64,000 bases of DNA, taken from the NCBI GenBank assembly GCA_023515725.1, contig JALDTO010000162.1, forward strand, positions 348,476-412,475, in the 5' to 3' direction. Shown here in pieces: positions 28,453 to 41,212 of this stretch. A model generated the notes under the pieces. It was not told the origin of the DNA. It worked only from the letters and a program-made list of their open reading frames with translations, and did no database searches. This DNA is from Amoeboaphelidium protococcarum X5 (lineage: Eukaryota > Fungi > Aphelidiomycota). Position numbers and translations under genes: made by a program. The stretch's first letter is position 1, and every line of letters starts with the position of its first letter.

Positions 28453-31400
28453 CTTGCGAGTGGTACAAATATACAGGTTTCTAATCCTATTATCTTATCT
28501 TCTTTGATGGAGAATACTTCCTAAATTGTTCCAGGCATGTCTAACCGAGATATCATGATCAGTGATGGTGGAGCGACTGCATGTGTTGTGAATAGGAAGG
28601 ATTGGTTGTAAGACTTCGAACCATATGAAGCGTTTTGTAGTACAGCTGATGATGGTTAGAAGATACTCATAACTGGTAAAGGAAAGTTGGTTCGCTCTCT
28701 ATTTTATGATGGTGTCCCTCATCATATGGAGATAGAAAACGTGTTTTACTCTCCTAACTTTGGCTATAATCTGTTTCCTGTCTCACTGCTTGATCTCGAA
28801 GGGTATGAGATATCGTATGGAGACAGAAAGGTCAAGATTAAAAAGAATGGTAAACCTGTTGGATCTGGATTCCTCACTCCAAGCAGGCTGTATGTCATAG
28901 ACTGTCAAGTGTCTAAGAGCGAATCTGTCTCAACAGCTGCTCTCAAGCTAAATAACGTGTCCCCCAAGCTCTCTGCACTGGATCTTCATTGTAAATTTGG
29001 TCACAAAGGTTTCAAAACTTTAGAGAAGATGCACAGAGATGGGCATTTTGAAGACATAGCCGTAGCTGAAAATGCTTTTAAGAATAAGAATCTTAGTTGG
29101 CGTGATTGTCCTGACTGCTTGCAAACGAAGATGACAAGGTAGTCCTTTAGAGCTTCTAATGTGACAAAATTGCGCTCTAATCGTCTGTTAGGATTACTGC
29201 ATATGGATTTGATCACCGATATTAAGCCGTAATCTATTCATCATGAAAAGTATATTCTGACTGTGGTAGATGACTTCAGTGGTTGTATTTGGACTATACC
29301 GCTGAAGTCCAAGAACGAAACGTTCTCTGCGTTCTAATAGTTGCACACAAGAATATGTTTGGAGACCAATGAACGCGTTAACACGATTCGTTCCGATAGA
29401 GGTGGAGAATTTATCTCTAATGAGTTCAAGGAATGGTGCCTCTCTTAAGGTATATTACTGGATCTGGTACCGAGAAAAACACCCCAGTTGAATGGTGTAG
29501 CTGAAAGAGCCAACAGAACTGTTGTTGAAGGTACTAAAGTTCTATTGCATTCCAGTAAAATATCTGGTAATCTATGGCCGTATGCTCTGCGTGCTTTTAC
29601 GCATGTACACAATCGTTGCTAATCTAATGGGAGGAATTATGCCGGTCAGACTAAGCAAAGTCCTTATGAGGTGTATTATGGCAGTAGTCCTCCGCTGGAA
29701 AGAATTCATCGCTTTGGTTGCGCAGTTACATACTATGTTCCCAAGGCATCTCGCTTGTCTTAGATTAAGTTTGGCAAAGTGACTGAAGATGGATATTTTA
29801 TCGGCTATAAACCGTCGAGTTACAGTATATTGACGGCAGATAGACGTAAGATCATTGATGTTCCCATTGGGGAAGTTGAATTCTACGAGAATCAAGTTCC
29901 AATGTCCAGTTCTGATAAATGTAATTAGCCATCGTTTGGTTGTGAGTAAATGGAGTAGTCCCTGTCTGAGGATATGTCTGACGATTGTCTGGAGTCGGAG
30001 AGTGGTGTCGTGCAAACAAGGAGATAGTAAGCACCTACTCTGGGACGTAAAGTCCAAACAAGGAGTAACACTAGATCATCTCTGGCGCGTACAACTCTTC
30101 CGATTTAAACAAGGACACTTCAGCCTTCAGAACAGGAGAGTGAATAGGTGCAAAGTGTTCAGTAGACTGAATTGTTAAGTGTCACTAGTGATAGTGAAAG
30201 TGTAAAGTCCAATGTCTGTAGTGACAGTGAAAGTAGTCACAGTGCTGATGAGGCGGATGAAGAATGGCCATTACCTGAATCACTTGCTGAGCTTCATTCA
30301 TTATTACTTAATCTTCTCATAAATGATAAAGTCAAAGAGTTTGATAAGTATGTATTGTTGGTTGATCCTCTTATTCCATCTACACCAAAGAGTGTTGAAG
30401 AGGCGCGTAAAAGTAAGTAGTGGCCGTAATGGAAAGAGTCATTACTCTCTGAACTTCGGAGCTTAATCAAGAATGAGACGTGGGAAGTCGTTGGTGAGTT
30501 ACCAGTGGGTCGGAAGTTGTTGCCCTGTAAGTGGGTGTTTAAGATAAAATTGAACAGTGATGGTTCATTGGAGAGGTACAAGAGTAGATTGGTTGTGAAA
30601 GGATTTAAGTAAGTGAGTGGTGTTGATTACAACGAAACCTTCGCTCCTGTGGCTAAAATCAGCACGATCAGGTTGCTGATGGCTATTGCAGCTAAGTATG
30701 ATCTTGAAATAAAGCAGATGGATTTTAGCACCGCGTTTTTAAATGGAGATTTGGATGAAGAAATTTATATGGCTGGACCTTCTCATACTGAGTTTGAATG
30801 TAAGATATTAAAGTTGAAGAAGAGTATGTATGGTCTTAAGTAAGCCCCAAGGTGCTGGAATAATAAGATCGACTAATTTCTGCGTATCAATCTCGGATTT
30901 ACGAGATGTTCAGCTGACAATTGTGTGTACGTTAAAGGTGAAGGTGAAAAGCTGTTCATAATTGCTTTGTATGTCGATGACATTATGTTTATCACAAAGG
31001 ACCAACAGTAGCTATGTGAGGTGCAGAACTTATTGTAGGAAGCGTTCGATATGAGAGACTTGGGTGACCTTGAGTTCATTGTTGGCATAAGAGTTCGTAG
31101 AGATAGAGTGAACAAAACGATTACTCTCGACTAAACTGCTTATTGTGATAGAATATTGAAGAAGTTTGATATGGATAAAAGTACACCTGTGAGTTTGCCC
31201 ATGGTTGAAAGACCTGAATTTGATGTCGACTTTGAACAGCCTGATGTGTATCGATCTGTAGTCGGAAGTTTAATGTATTTACTAGTAGCTACGCGACCTG
31301 ACATCGCATTTGCTGTAAGTGAACTTTCACGTGCTGTAAGTCGGCCCAGTTAAAGACACTGGCAAGCTGCTAAACGCGTCCTGCGCTACTTGAGAGGTAC

Positions 31401-31980
31401 TATAGATATGGGATTGGTATACAATGGTCATAATGATCTGACTCCGTTTGTCTACGTTGATGCAGATTATGCGAACGATAAAGATACGCGTCGTTCTCAA
31501 ACTGGTTATGCTTTGTTGATGGCTGGTGCTGCCGTCAGTTGGAAGTCTAAGTTATAACCTAAAGTCTCACTCAGTTCAACCGAAGCAGAGTATTATGCTT
31601 GTACATTTGCTAGTCAAGAAGTTGCATGGGTCAGAGAACTGTTGAAAGAAATTGGATTTGATTTTAGTAACGAATAGGTAGAATTGTTGGGCTATCCCAG
31701 TTTGGTCGATATCACCTAAACTAATCCTAAAGAGAAAGCAACTGTCATGCTGGAGGATAATCAAGCGTGTATTGCCTTAAGTAAAAATCCTGAAAGCTTT
31801 AGTCGCACAAAGCACATTGAAGTGCGATTCCACTTCATACGCGAGATGGTTGAACGTGGTATTATCAAGTTAGTGTATTGTAAAACTGGAGCTCAAGCTG
31901 CTGACATTCTTACAAAGCCGATGACTGTCGCCAAGGCTTTTGTTCAGCATGTTTGTCGTTTTGGTCTTAAAAGCTCTTGA
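28453..31980 (+). CDS. pol: Copia pol (protease, integrase, RT, RNase H), in frame with gag
   Basis: ISDGGAT, HCKFGH..CPDC, LHMDL, VDDFS, RSDRGGEF, PQLNGVAER, KWVFKIK, DYNETFAPV, QMDFSTAFLNG, LYVDD, VDADY, EDNQAC, RTKHIEVRFH. Confidence 0.95.
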
Positions 31981-31991
31981 ACAGGAGAGTG

Positions 31992-32145
31992 TGTGAAGGT
32001 TGGTGTTCCAGAGCTTCGGTTGTCGGTTCAGGGGTCACTGATCCGAGTGGCTTAGGTTGAAGTGTGAAAAATATTTTCATCTCAATTGAGAATAAAGTCA
32101 GTATTATCGAAAGATATAATTTACCTTTTTGGTTTCATCTTAACA
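31992..32145 (+). repeat. 3' LTR
   Basis: Identical to the 5' LTR; preceded by the purine tract GAACAGGAGAGTG (31979-31991). Confidence 0.97.
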
Positions 32146-32926
32146 ATGCATTCTGCGAATCTGACTTACTGTCTTCACTGTCTTTTAGACTATTTGCATG
32201 ATGAGATTCTAATGATGCGTGGTACTTAACGGGGAGAGTGGTCTTCTGGGGATCCTAAGAGGCTTTGACTTGGTGCTCCAGCCGTTTGAATGATTCCATA
32301 GCAAAGTCCTTAATTGGCGTGTCCAACTTCAACCTGCGAACGAATGGGTAAACAAACTCTATCCCAATGTCAGATGGTGATGCCACTTTGTGCAACTTCA
32401 GTGCTGCTTAGTACTGTTCACTTGCCTTCCATCTTTGCAGCTACTTTCGTGCTGCTTCATCATTGGTCCAGTTAGAGCCTGCTGATGGAAGCTTCTTCCA
32501 CAATTTTGGCAGATTGACCAATCCTTCTGCTGTTGTCTGCAACTGAATATGGTTTAGATATTATGAAATCAGTCGTACATCTTCCTCTGATGCCTCTTCC
32601 AGAGCAAATTGATCAGTGGTGCTTTAGCCGGTCATGGTCAGTCAAATAGCGTTTTATACTAAGAGAAGACTAGAATTGCCCAAGTTGTGAAACAAATTGT
32701 CCGCTGGTAGCTCGTGAGGTATGGTTGGTAATTGACGATTCAGCACTGGGGCTCTTTTGTTCGACAGTTGCTGGATTTGGTGCCCGCATGCAAATTGGAG
32801 TTTTTGTGGGAAAATTTGAGTGCTCTGAATATTTGAATGTCGACCATTACTTTGCATGGCATGGTATGAGTTAGATGCTGGTAAAAATATCGTGCTTGCT
32901 GATGCTTTTTTGAGTCGCCCTTTACA

Positions 32927-33432
32927 CTGTGCGAGGAAGGGACTACGGTTTTGTCCCAACACTTTATGTATTGAGTGTTCGGTTGCTAAATATGGTCCAA
33001 CTAATATGAAACTTTGAGTATCCAAATAGATTTGAATGTTTATATAGAACTAGTCTAGATGTGCTTTTAATCAACTGTTTCATACACTCAATTGAAAGTG
33101 GGACAAATGTCCCACATCGCGTTTGGCCAACTGGGACATTTGTCCCACATTTTTGAAAGGGACTTTTGAGTACTAAATTTGACTCAACCGCAGTAGTATA
33201 CTTTAAGCAGGCTATTTAAATACTATTGGACATACCAACAAGTAGATATGTGCTCTTAATCAACTGTTTCATACACTCAACTGAAAGTGGGACAAATGTC
33301 CCACATCGCGTTTGGCCAACTGGGACAAATGTCCCACATTTTTGAAAGGGACTTTTGAGTACTAAATTTGACTCAACCGCAGTAGTATACTTTAAGCAGG
33401 CTATTTAAATACTATTGGACATACCAACAAGT
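32927..33432. repeat. Direct repeat copy B plus a ~189-bp tandem partial duplicate (B')
   Basis: 32927-33243 matches copy A; 33243-33432 repeats 33056-33243. Confidence 0.9.
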
Positions 33433-33727
33433 AATTAGTTGCTCTTTATATCTGTTTAAGACAGGCTCTGCTTGATGAAGATCATAAAAAAGCTCTATGC
33501 TGTCATACAGACTAAATAATAGGTGGCACGCAACTCTTTGTTGTAAAACAAAATAACGCAATCCACCACCGTATAATATATTCAAACTTATTTACGATTG
33601 ATATGTCACAACTTGGCGAATCAACCAGCAGACATAGTCGACGTATTAATGTAAGACTCTAACATCCAACCATCATTTTTGGGGAAACACTATACCAAAA
33701 AGCCTCGAACTGACACCATCTTCTAGT

Positions 33728-35647
33728 TCATTCTATTTACAGAAGAGATGTGCATAATCTGTAATAAATAATTACATAGTGCCAAGAACCTAGCAAATAG
33801 ACTTCAATTAAACATAAGTACAGTGATGTTGCAAGGCGCTTATTGTTGTCTTGAAGTATTAGCTATGAATTATCTACTACAGAAAAAGCGCTACTTTCTC
33901 GGGAGAGTCGCGATAATGATAGGCAAGCGATGAAGCCATCTCGCACTGTTATTCAAAGGGCAAATGCTCACATAACGAACCCACACACTCTTGTAGTAGG
34001 TCCATTTGGTAATGCTCGGACAAATCGGAATTCAAGTTCATAAGACAGTGATAAACCACTTAACTTCCACCCAACAGCATGTTATTTCGTGCAGCTCGAG
34101 TTCCAATTTAAAAAAATAATCATCAATGTCTTCATCTTCATTTCTGATAGCACTATCAAGTAAATTATCCATGATTCTATAATCGATAGATGAAGATTTT
34201 AATGCTTTAGCAAATACGCGAGAGGCAGACTCCAACTCCAGTGGACCGCAGATACGGACTACAGTCTACAAAAAGATCCATAGATTGTCTGGCTCAATGT
34301 GTTTCTCAACGGTGGCAAGAAGCTTCTACTGATAGCTCGCCTTGTGACCAAACATATGGTAGATTAATCTGGAAGGCGCCTGATACTCTTCAATATGGCA
34401 GAATCGAATGATTTTATACAGTAACAAACAAAATTCTGAATCATCTGGTTTATCATAAGCCTCGGCCATCAGAATATAGTATAGATTGCATGAAGAATCC
34501 AACTACTACCAATGCGCAAGAAAGGCCAATATTAATGCAGCTCTTTCACCATTCAGAGTAAACTTTCGGGCAAATTTAAACAGAGCGCCACAAAGTTATG
34601 AGGCCGATGATGATGGTAGATTGTCTATAATATACTCGGACAGTTAGACACGCACACTCTTGTCAAATTACTCTGAATCATCCACAGAAATATCAATTCC
34701 TAGTCGTCTCTCAACGTCAAAATTATAACAGTCATCAGACATTAAGTACTCATACGCAGACTGACTTTAATCACCAGTAGACAGCAGAGGGTGTACTCCA
34801 TCACAATCCAACAATATTCGCACAAACTTTATGATTTCTTCATTCAAAACAGGTCTAACATCGTAATCAAGCTATATTAAATCTAAAATACTTCCGCGTA
34901 AGTCATCCCCGGCGTCATGCATATGTTATTGCCCAGTATGAATAAGAAATTGGAATAGAAAGCGACTGAGATCAGACTCTGACATTCTAGTACCAAAGAA
35001 CCTTTCAAACTGCACAAGCATCCTCTGACAATAATACCAATAATCAAGATCGAAGTATAATTAATGGCAATTGTGTCTAGATAGCATCTCAAATATCTGT
35101 ATATCTGTAATCCAAAACTTTCCAACGAGGACTTTACACAGATACTCTTATCTTACGCCCATCCATAAATAACTGCGAATACATTTTTACATACGCCTTA
35201 TCTGACATGCACAATATTTCATCATCAACAGCATCTTGATAGTAATAAGTCGATTTTACACGACTGAGCACTTCATCTCCCAAATGGTCTACAATAAGCT
35301 TACCCAGTTAGCGAAACAGCTTCGAACACTTGGCAAAGTCATTAGATTAATATTGCTTGAACAGCCTTGCAAAAGCTTTACTTTGAGTTCCCTGAGGAGA
35401 AAGGAAAGTACATGAACTCTTTAGCAACTATTATGCCCAGATACGCGTGCTTCCAGATTCGCAGCATAGTCAAGCAGGGACCATAGTATGAAAAGTATAC
35501 TCTTCGGATAAAGTATCGTGTCTTTCTGGACTGGATGAACTTCTGTACATCCCTGCAGGCGAGACTCAGTTCAAGCAAATCAACCGCGGAGAGGCACTAC
35601 GCAAAGATTGTGTCGGGCAATAACGCGAGTTACAGCAAGCCATCCAT
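33728..35647 (-). pseudogene. F-box-like protein, frameshifted paralog 1
   Basis: MDGLLQLALLPDTIFAQCLSAVDLLELSLACRDV and VYFSYYGPCLTMLRIWKHAYLG. Similarity to the neighbouring paralog changes frame near 35350-35400, 35100 and 34045. Confidence 0.65.
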
Positions 35648-35893
35648 CAATACAGTAGTATAACTAATAAAAATTCAACAATTAAGCAAGCGAAAAGTTG
35701 CCCCATATGACGAGGCTTCAGGCATTATGAATTCAATGCTTCATTCAATAATCAAATCTAAAAAGCCACGTCGCGATAAGCTGAAACAGGCAGTTTTACA
35801 TTAGCGGCTATTACTATTACTCCTTCGATACACAAGCATTGACGATCATAAATCTACTATATTACGCATCATTAACACTATCTTCAAAAGAGT

Positions 35894-38435
35894 TCATAGA
35901 TAATCATAGTAATGTGCTTCGGAATAGTGAGAGCCATAGGGACAGAAGTATTCATTTTCAAGTTCGCGCCTTCGCTTCAGTTGCTTCTAGATCATCTCTT
36001 AATAAAGTGGATCATTCTTCAGCTCTAGCTCTAAAGTTCGAGCATCAGACAAAAGTTTAACCACTTGATCAGCCATCTTCTTTGGTATAAACTTACCTCT
36101 TAATAAGTCAACTGCACCATTGAAAGAACCTACCAACATTTCCAATAATTTCGGTCGCGTCTCCAAAGATTTTGATTACACATACGCTTTGCAATTCGAC
36201 ATCAGAGTTGTAAATTCTGCTTTAAGTAAAGCATCTTATTCAAAATGCATATTAAGTACAATTTTGATATAGTAGCTAAGTATCGGACTGCTCTTCATGA
36301 AAATCTCGTCTTAAAACACAGACATGAATAAAGCAGCATCAGCCCCGAACGCCTTGATAGTGCCTTCGATAACTTTGCAGATCAGTTCGTCAATCACTTC
36401 AGATCTTCTTGATAAAAAATTACCCCCATAAGTATTCCAGATTAAACTCTGATTACTGCACTCCAGCAGCTTATTATATGTCATGGACGCATTGCCACAT
36501 ATGGTGTTCACCAGTTCATGAAGCCTCCTTAGAAGAGGATCCTTTTGAGAGTTATCAATACCAAGTTTGTGGCAAAGTTCTGGGCCAGCTGCTTGACAGA
36601 CTTAGGCCATCTACTCCTCCGTGCAAATTGTTTGAAGTTTCTCCCATGCCTTATCATGTCTAACGTTATTACTTTAAAAGCACTTCAACAACTAAGCAAT
36701 TGATCTAGGATGATCTTTAAACTGTTGTGCTACCACTGACGACAACTCTGCTTACTAATCCGTTTATAACGGCTCACAAAACTTGACTGACTGAGCTAGG
36801 TATTCCATGCTAAAGTCTTGAAGCCGTTTGTGATCCAAATTAATAAGTAACAGCCGTAATGTATCAGCGCCTCCAAGCAGATTACAATACTTTCGCAGGT
36901 TCTGCTCCAAGTTTTGCTGAGCACCCTCGATATCGTACGAGAAATCCTATTCCATAACGTCAGTCCAGAGAAACGATACTGGTATTGGATAAACTCTTAT
37001 AGACGATTTACAACAAAGATAACGCGTCCTACTACTCTAAAGGACCGCACAGCTTGATAGAAACTTCAATTAAATCCCAGTAAGCGCCACTAATGATGTG
37101 TTACTTGACCATGGAGTAAACTTTCTTTTAATAATCAGTCTTCTAGCCCAACATAACATATATAAAATTGTCTTCTAGCTTGTATTTTGTCCATTTGCAG
37201 TAGCGAATTAGCTTATAAAGGAGTAAAGCAAAATCAGATTCATCAGACTTCTCTATAGCTTCTCTCATCAACGTCATATAGATATTATCCGGATCCAACA
37301 ACTTGTTACAATGACCCAAAATTGCGAGTATAACAGCGGCTCTTTCTCCATTTATCGGGTGCTTTCTAGCGTAAGCAGACAAGGACTGTGTCAACTGATC
37401 ATAACAGTTCTTTGACAAATGCTACTCTACAGGATAGCGGAGACAGATGCGCGGATTACTATCATGCTCCTATATATCCATATCTCACACATTATCAATA
37501 TCTCTATACTGAGTTTCATATCCATAATATCCAAAAAATAATAATCTAGAATAGGCAGATTTGTAGACGCGATCCTTCTAATACTCTCTTAATACACCAT
37601 CATCCACTTTCAATACATTATTTACTTTCTACAACATCGCATCACCAACAAAAGTTTAAAAGTCATACTTCAGGCTGGCCAAATATTTCAAACCAGTATC
37701 AAAATATTCATCATCTTCTAGACCAACACCTGAAGATATTTGATACAAGAACTCCTTAATTGCGCTAGGTGGCATTCTAAACTGAAAAAACTATTCCAAT
37801 TTGGCACCAAGTTCACTCACATTATATGCCTCCCAATGCCGACTAAACAGAAAGAAGTGACAGAAATTACACAGAACACGGTAGAAATTACCATAATTGA
37901 GCACTTTCCAGCGAGGTTAGGTGGCGGATTTGATCTTCTAATGGCAAGCGAGTCTGTAAAAGTCATCTACCGCGTTAGCATATACATCATCACAATTGCA
38001 TAATATATCATCGTGCACCTCTTCTTCATAGGTGGAATCCCTTGCAATTTCGAGATTCATTCTATCTCCTAAATAAGATATAAGCAGTTGGACAGTGTCT
38101 ATATACAACTAAGACCATTAAGACGAGTCGCTATAAGCATCCTCTTTCAGCCATAAAACAAGGTTCTGACTTTCGCGAAGTTCAGATGTTAGCAAGAATC
38201 TTAAATCATCAGCAGATTAGAAGCCAAGATAGGGATGCTTAGGGATGCGTATCATTGTCAGAACAGGTCCATAGTGTGAGAAGTATAAATTCTTGATAGC
38301 TGCTCTAAAAACATTAGATCGAATCAGACTTTATATAGTCTGACACGATAGACCTAACTGCAATAAGTCCCGAGGCCGAATATAATGGAGAAGAGTAGCG
38401 TCTCCCAGCAGTAGCAATTGCTTCAGATTTTGCAC
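35894..38435 (-). pseudogene. F-box-like protein, paralog 2 (one frame break near 36990, start uncertain)
   Basis: LLLLGDATLLHYIRPRDLLQLGLSCQTI, LYFSHYGPVLTMIRIPKHPYLG, PRWKVL, NGERAAVILAIL, CGPLE, shared with paralog 1. Confidence 0.6.
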
Positions 38436-38642
38436 GATTCTCTTGTAAAATTGACGGTATAGACTTGAGTATTGCCGATGAAGAGAATCAAGTACTCTGA
38501 TCTGTAACGATGATGGCTATTTATATACGTCAGATCATACCTTTCAAAACGTTCGTGAAGTACATATGTAATCCACACTATGAAGTAGAATGAGCAACTC
38601 TAATATAAAATACAACATTTAAATGCAAAAATTCATATAAAA

Positions 38643-39836
38643 TCAGTTTCCATCATTATTTAAAGCATCTTTGGACGCGGAAACTTTGATCGAGGTGAGT
38701 GGCAACACTGGAGATGATTTATGAAAGAGCTTTGAGCTTTTACTCCCAGAGACATCACCGTTACCGCCAGCACTGTTGATATTTCCACTCTTATGCTTAG
38801 CACCACCATTTGACGCAAAGATTTTGAGATACATACCGGCAAAGACAGCGACTGCACCCAGCAACTGGCCGCTGGTGAACGAATGCTTAAATATAATACA
38901 ACTAAGGAAGAGACCAAAAAACTAGCGCGTAGTCATCACAGTGCTATACAGGAACGCGCCATACTTCTTGATGATATAGTAGATCAACAACTGTCCTAAT
39001 GTGGAAGATAGCGACAAGACCAGCATGTCTGACAAAATCGCAGGATGTCTCTTTATGAACACCACCGCCTCCAAAACTCTATCGAATGAACCAAATGCCA
39101 AAGCAAATACACTGAGAAGGGCAGAGAACATATTCACGTATAGCATCTGATTATGTGTGCTCATTTTGTAATTCTTAAATAATCTCTCCTACGTGGTAGA
39201 CGTGAGTCCATCACAAAGCAAATACACAGATATTAACAGCAGCCCTATAGGCGAGTCATTGGAGGACTTTATAGCACTGGACGTATAGTCTCCAGATACC
39301 AAAAACATAAAACATCCGGCAGTTATAAGTAATGCCACTAGGTACTCTCTATTCGTATATTTTTTGCCATACCACAAGCGACCAACCACCAACACGGGTA
39401 CAATTTTACCGCATTTACCCAATGTCTAAGTGGGAAAACTAATATATTTCAAAGCTTCATACTAACACATTGTGGCCATAAAATTAGATATAGAAACCAG
39501 ACCATAGTACGCTAAGGGAGCAACAGGAGTAATAGATTTCAAGAAACGTTTGAAGAAGGCAGATGATGAGTTGTGCTCCTTCTACAGCAGCATTGAATAC
39601 TATTACGAGACACGGCTATCCTTGACAGCGGTTGTAAACAAAATAAACACAGAAACTATAATAGACACGAGTCTATTAGCCAGTACCAGCACAGGCGTGT
39701 ATTTAAACATCTCCTTTCCCTCTCCATACGCTGTGGTCATAATCTTCTCCTAAATGACCCCATACACCAAGAAGAATAGAAGCAGTCCCGCCACTGAGAA
39801 CACCAATTGAGCCTTGTCACCAAATGTATTCTTCAT
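38643..39836 (-). CDS. SLC35B-family nucleotide-sugar/PAPS transporter (UAA family)
   Basis: YGVIQEKIMTTAYG, CQYEALKYISFPTQTLGKCGK, DGLTSTTQERLF, QMLYVN, GQLLIY, MTTRQ. Confidence 0.9.
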
Positions 39837-40136
39837 ACTAATTATTACAGCTTATAAATCAATTAAAATGAGGGATACTAAGGCGCTATTGGCGATGAAT
39901 AAAATAGGTAAGTTAGCAATGAATCGTTATTGAAGAGAGAGAGAGAGGAATGTGCTCAGGGGAATTGCAGAGACAAGCGTAACGCGTCCACTTACTCACT
40001 CAAAAGAGAGAGAGAGAGAGCGACTCAGTTCATTCAACATCGAATACTCACAAGTTCGTAAAAGGAAATACTGTTAAGAGTGGCGTGAAACCGACGCGGT
40101 GATCACTAGAGTAATCATAGTCTATTATCAAATTGA

Positions 40137-41094
40137 TCAATTAAAGTTCAACTACCGTAGATAGTCCTGAATCAGATTTCGAGTTTGAGAATTAAGAATA
40201 TCAGCAGCCTTGTACGTCTACAAATACTCAAAGCACTGCTTCACCGTCTCTTCAGTAATCTTGTAGCTGAGCATTGACAACACCTGGATAATGTTCTTAA
40301 TTTTAGCAATCACTAAACGTTCCATAACAGTTGGCGACCTCTGTGGAATGTTGGTATACAGCAAATCTGGGTTCTATTCGACATCTTCAAGATTAAGACT
40401 TTCCACATGTGGACAGATAAACACGTTGCCATTAACGCCGAGAACGACATCAATATCACATTCTCCGGTGTCATTATCAGTGTGCCGTAAATTCTTCAGC
40501 TAAATGAAATGCTGCTTTGACCGCTCAATCAGCGCAGAAGACACCTACAACATGGTGCCATTCTTCAGCTTCCCATACTTGAGACTGCGCGTGTGAAGTG
40601 AAACGGCTCCGTCGTGAAACAGTTGCTGCACTTCAGCTACGATCAGGTCGCCCTCACTGAAGAAAGATCTCATCTGCAGTTCATCACTTTCCAGCCGTCT
40701 TCTCTGCGCGCCACCTGGCAAAGTCACGGATGATAGGAGAAGAATCGCATCCTACTTGGCATTAATGTCCACGCGCCATTTCTTTGATCCAACATCCTTA
40801 ATTCTTCCCACCACCACATCACCGATCTGTGGCGTGAATCGCTGGTTAATTGGCACCACTGAGACCAGTTTATTGACGCGTTGAATCTGTCCAGCCAGTG
40901 ACGAGAATACGGTTGACGCAGAAGAAGACGATTATAGATCCAGTTCTGATTGCCCGACATAAGTACCATGGCCACGCATAAACTACGGATCATCCGTAAT
41001 TAATTCGGCAACTCCAACAACTACATTAAAATTTTGTTAACTCAATACCAATTATAACATAAATTAAAATTTTGATCCCACCTTGTCCGTCCAT
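40137..41094 (-). CDS. RRP4: Exosome subunit RRP4/EXOSC2, one 5' intron
   Basis: [67 protein letters not shown]. Confidence 0.93.
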
Positions 41095-41212
41095 ATCAAA
41101 TAGATTCTTGTAATGGCTATCACCTTTTTCACTTCTCTTGATAGGTGGATTTTGCAAAAATAGAAAAATCACTCTGAATCTAATTCTTTCAAGTATATCA
41201 ACATAGAATATC

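Larger units (their letters stand above)
27287..32145 (+). mobile_element. Full-length Ty1/copia LTR retrotransposon
   Basis: Identical 154-bp TG...CA LTRs, 5-bp TSD ATGCA (27282-27286 and 32146-32150), domain order gag-PR-IN-RT-RH, PPT before the 3' LTR. Confidence 0.97.
26014..32635 (-). pseudogene. TBC (Rab-GAP)-like and B-box protein, 585 aa, interrupted by the copia element
   Basis: Joining 32635-32146 to 27281-26014 gives a 1758-nt open frame. LWKDVNR (Arg finger), HYQQEIGLLCCVFL (YxQ finger), C-terminal CHQC..CMQCNQAFCNEHQAVH. Confidence 0.75.

Noticed and set aside
25538-33243. Direct repeats as LTRs of an outer retrotransposon
   Set aside because: No TG..CA termini, TSD, PBS or PPT, and the enclosed ORF has no gag/pol features.
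36995-37011. 16-nt GT..AG micro-intron that would repair the F-box paralog frame
   Set aside because: Far shorter than all other introns here and unsupported without RNA data.
39935-40020. GA dinucleotide tracts and ACGCG motifs in intergenic regions
   Set aside because: Short and recurrent; may be promoter elements (MCB-like), but enrichment cannot be shown without counting against background.
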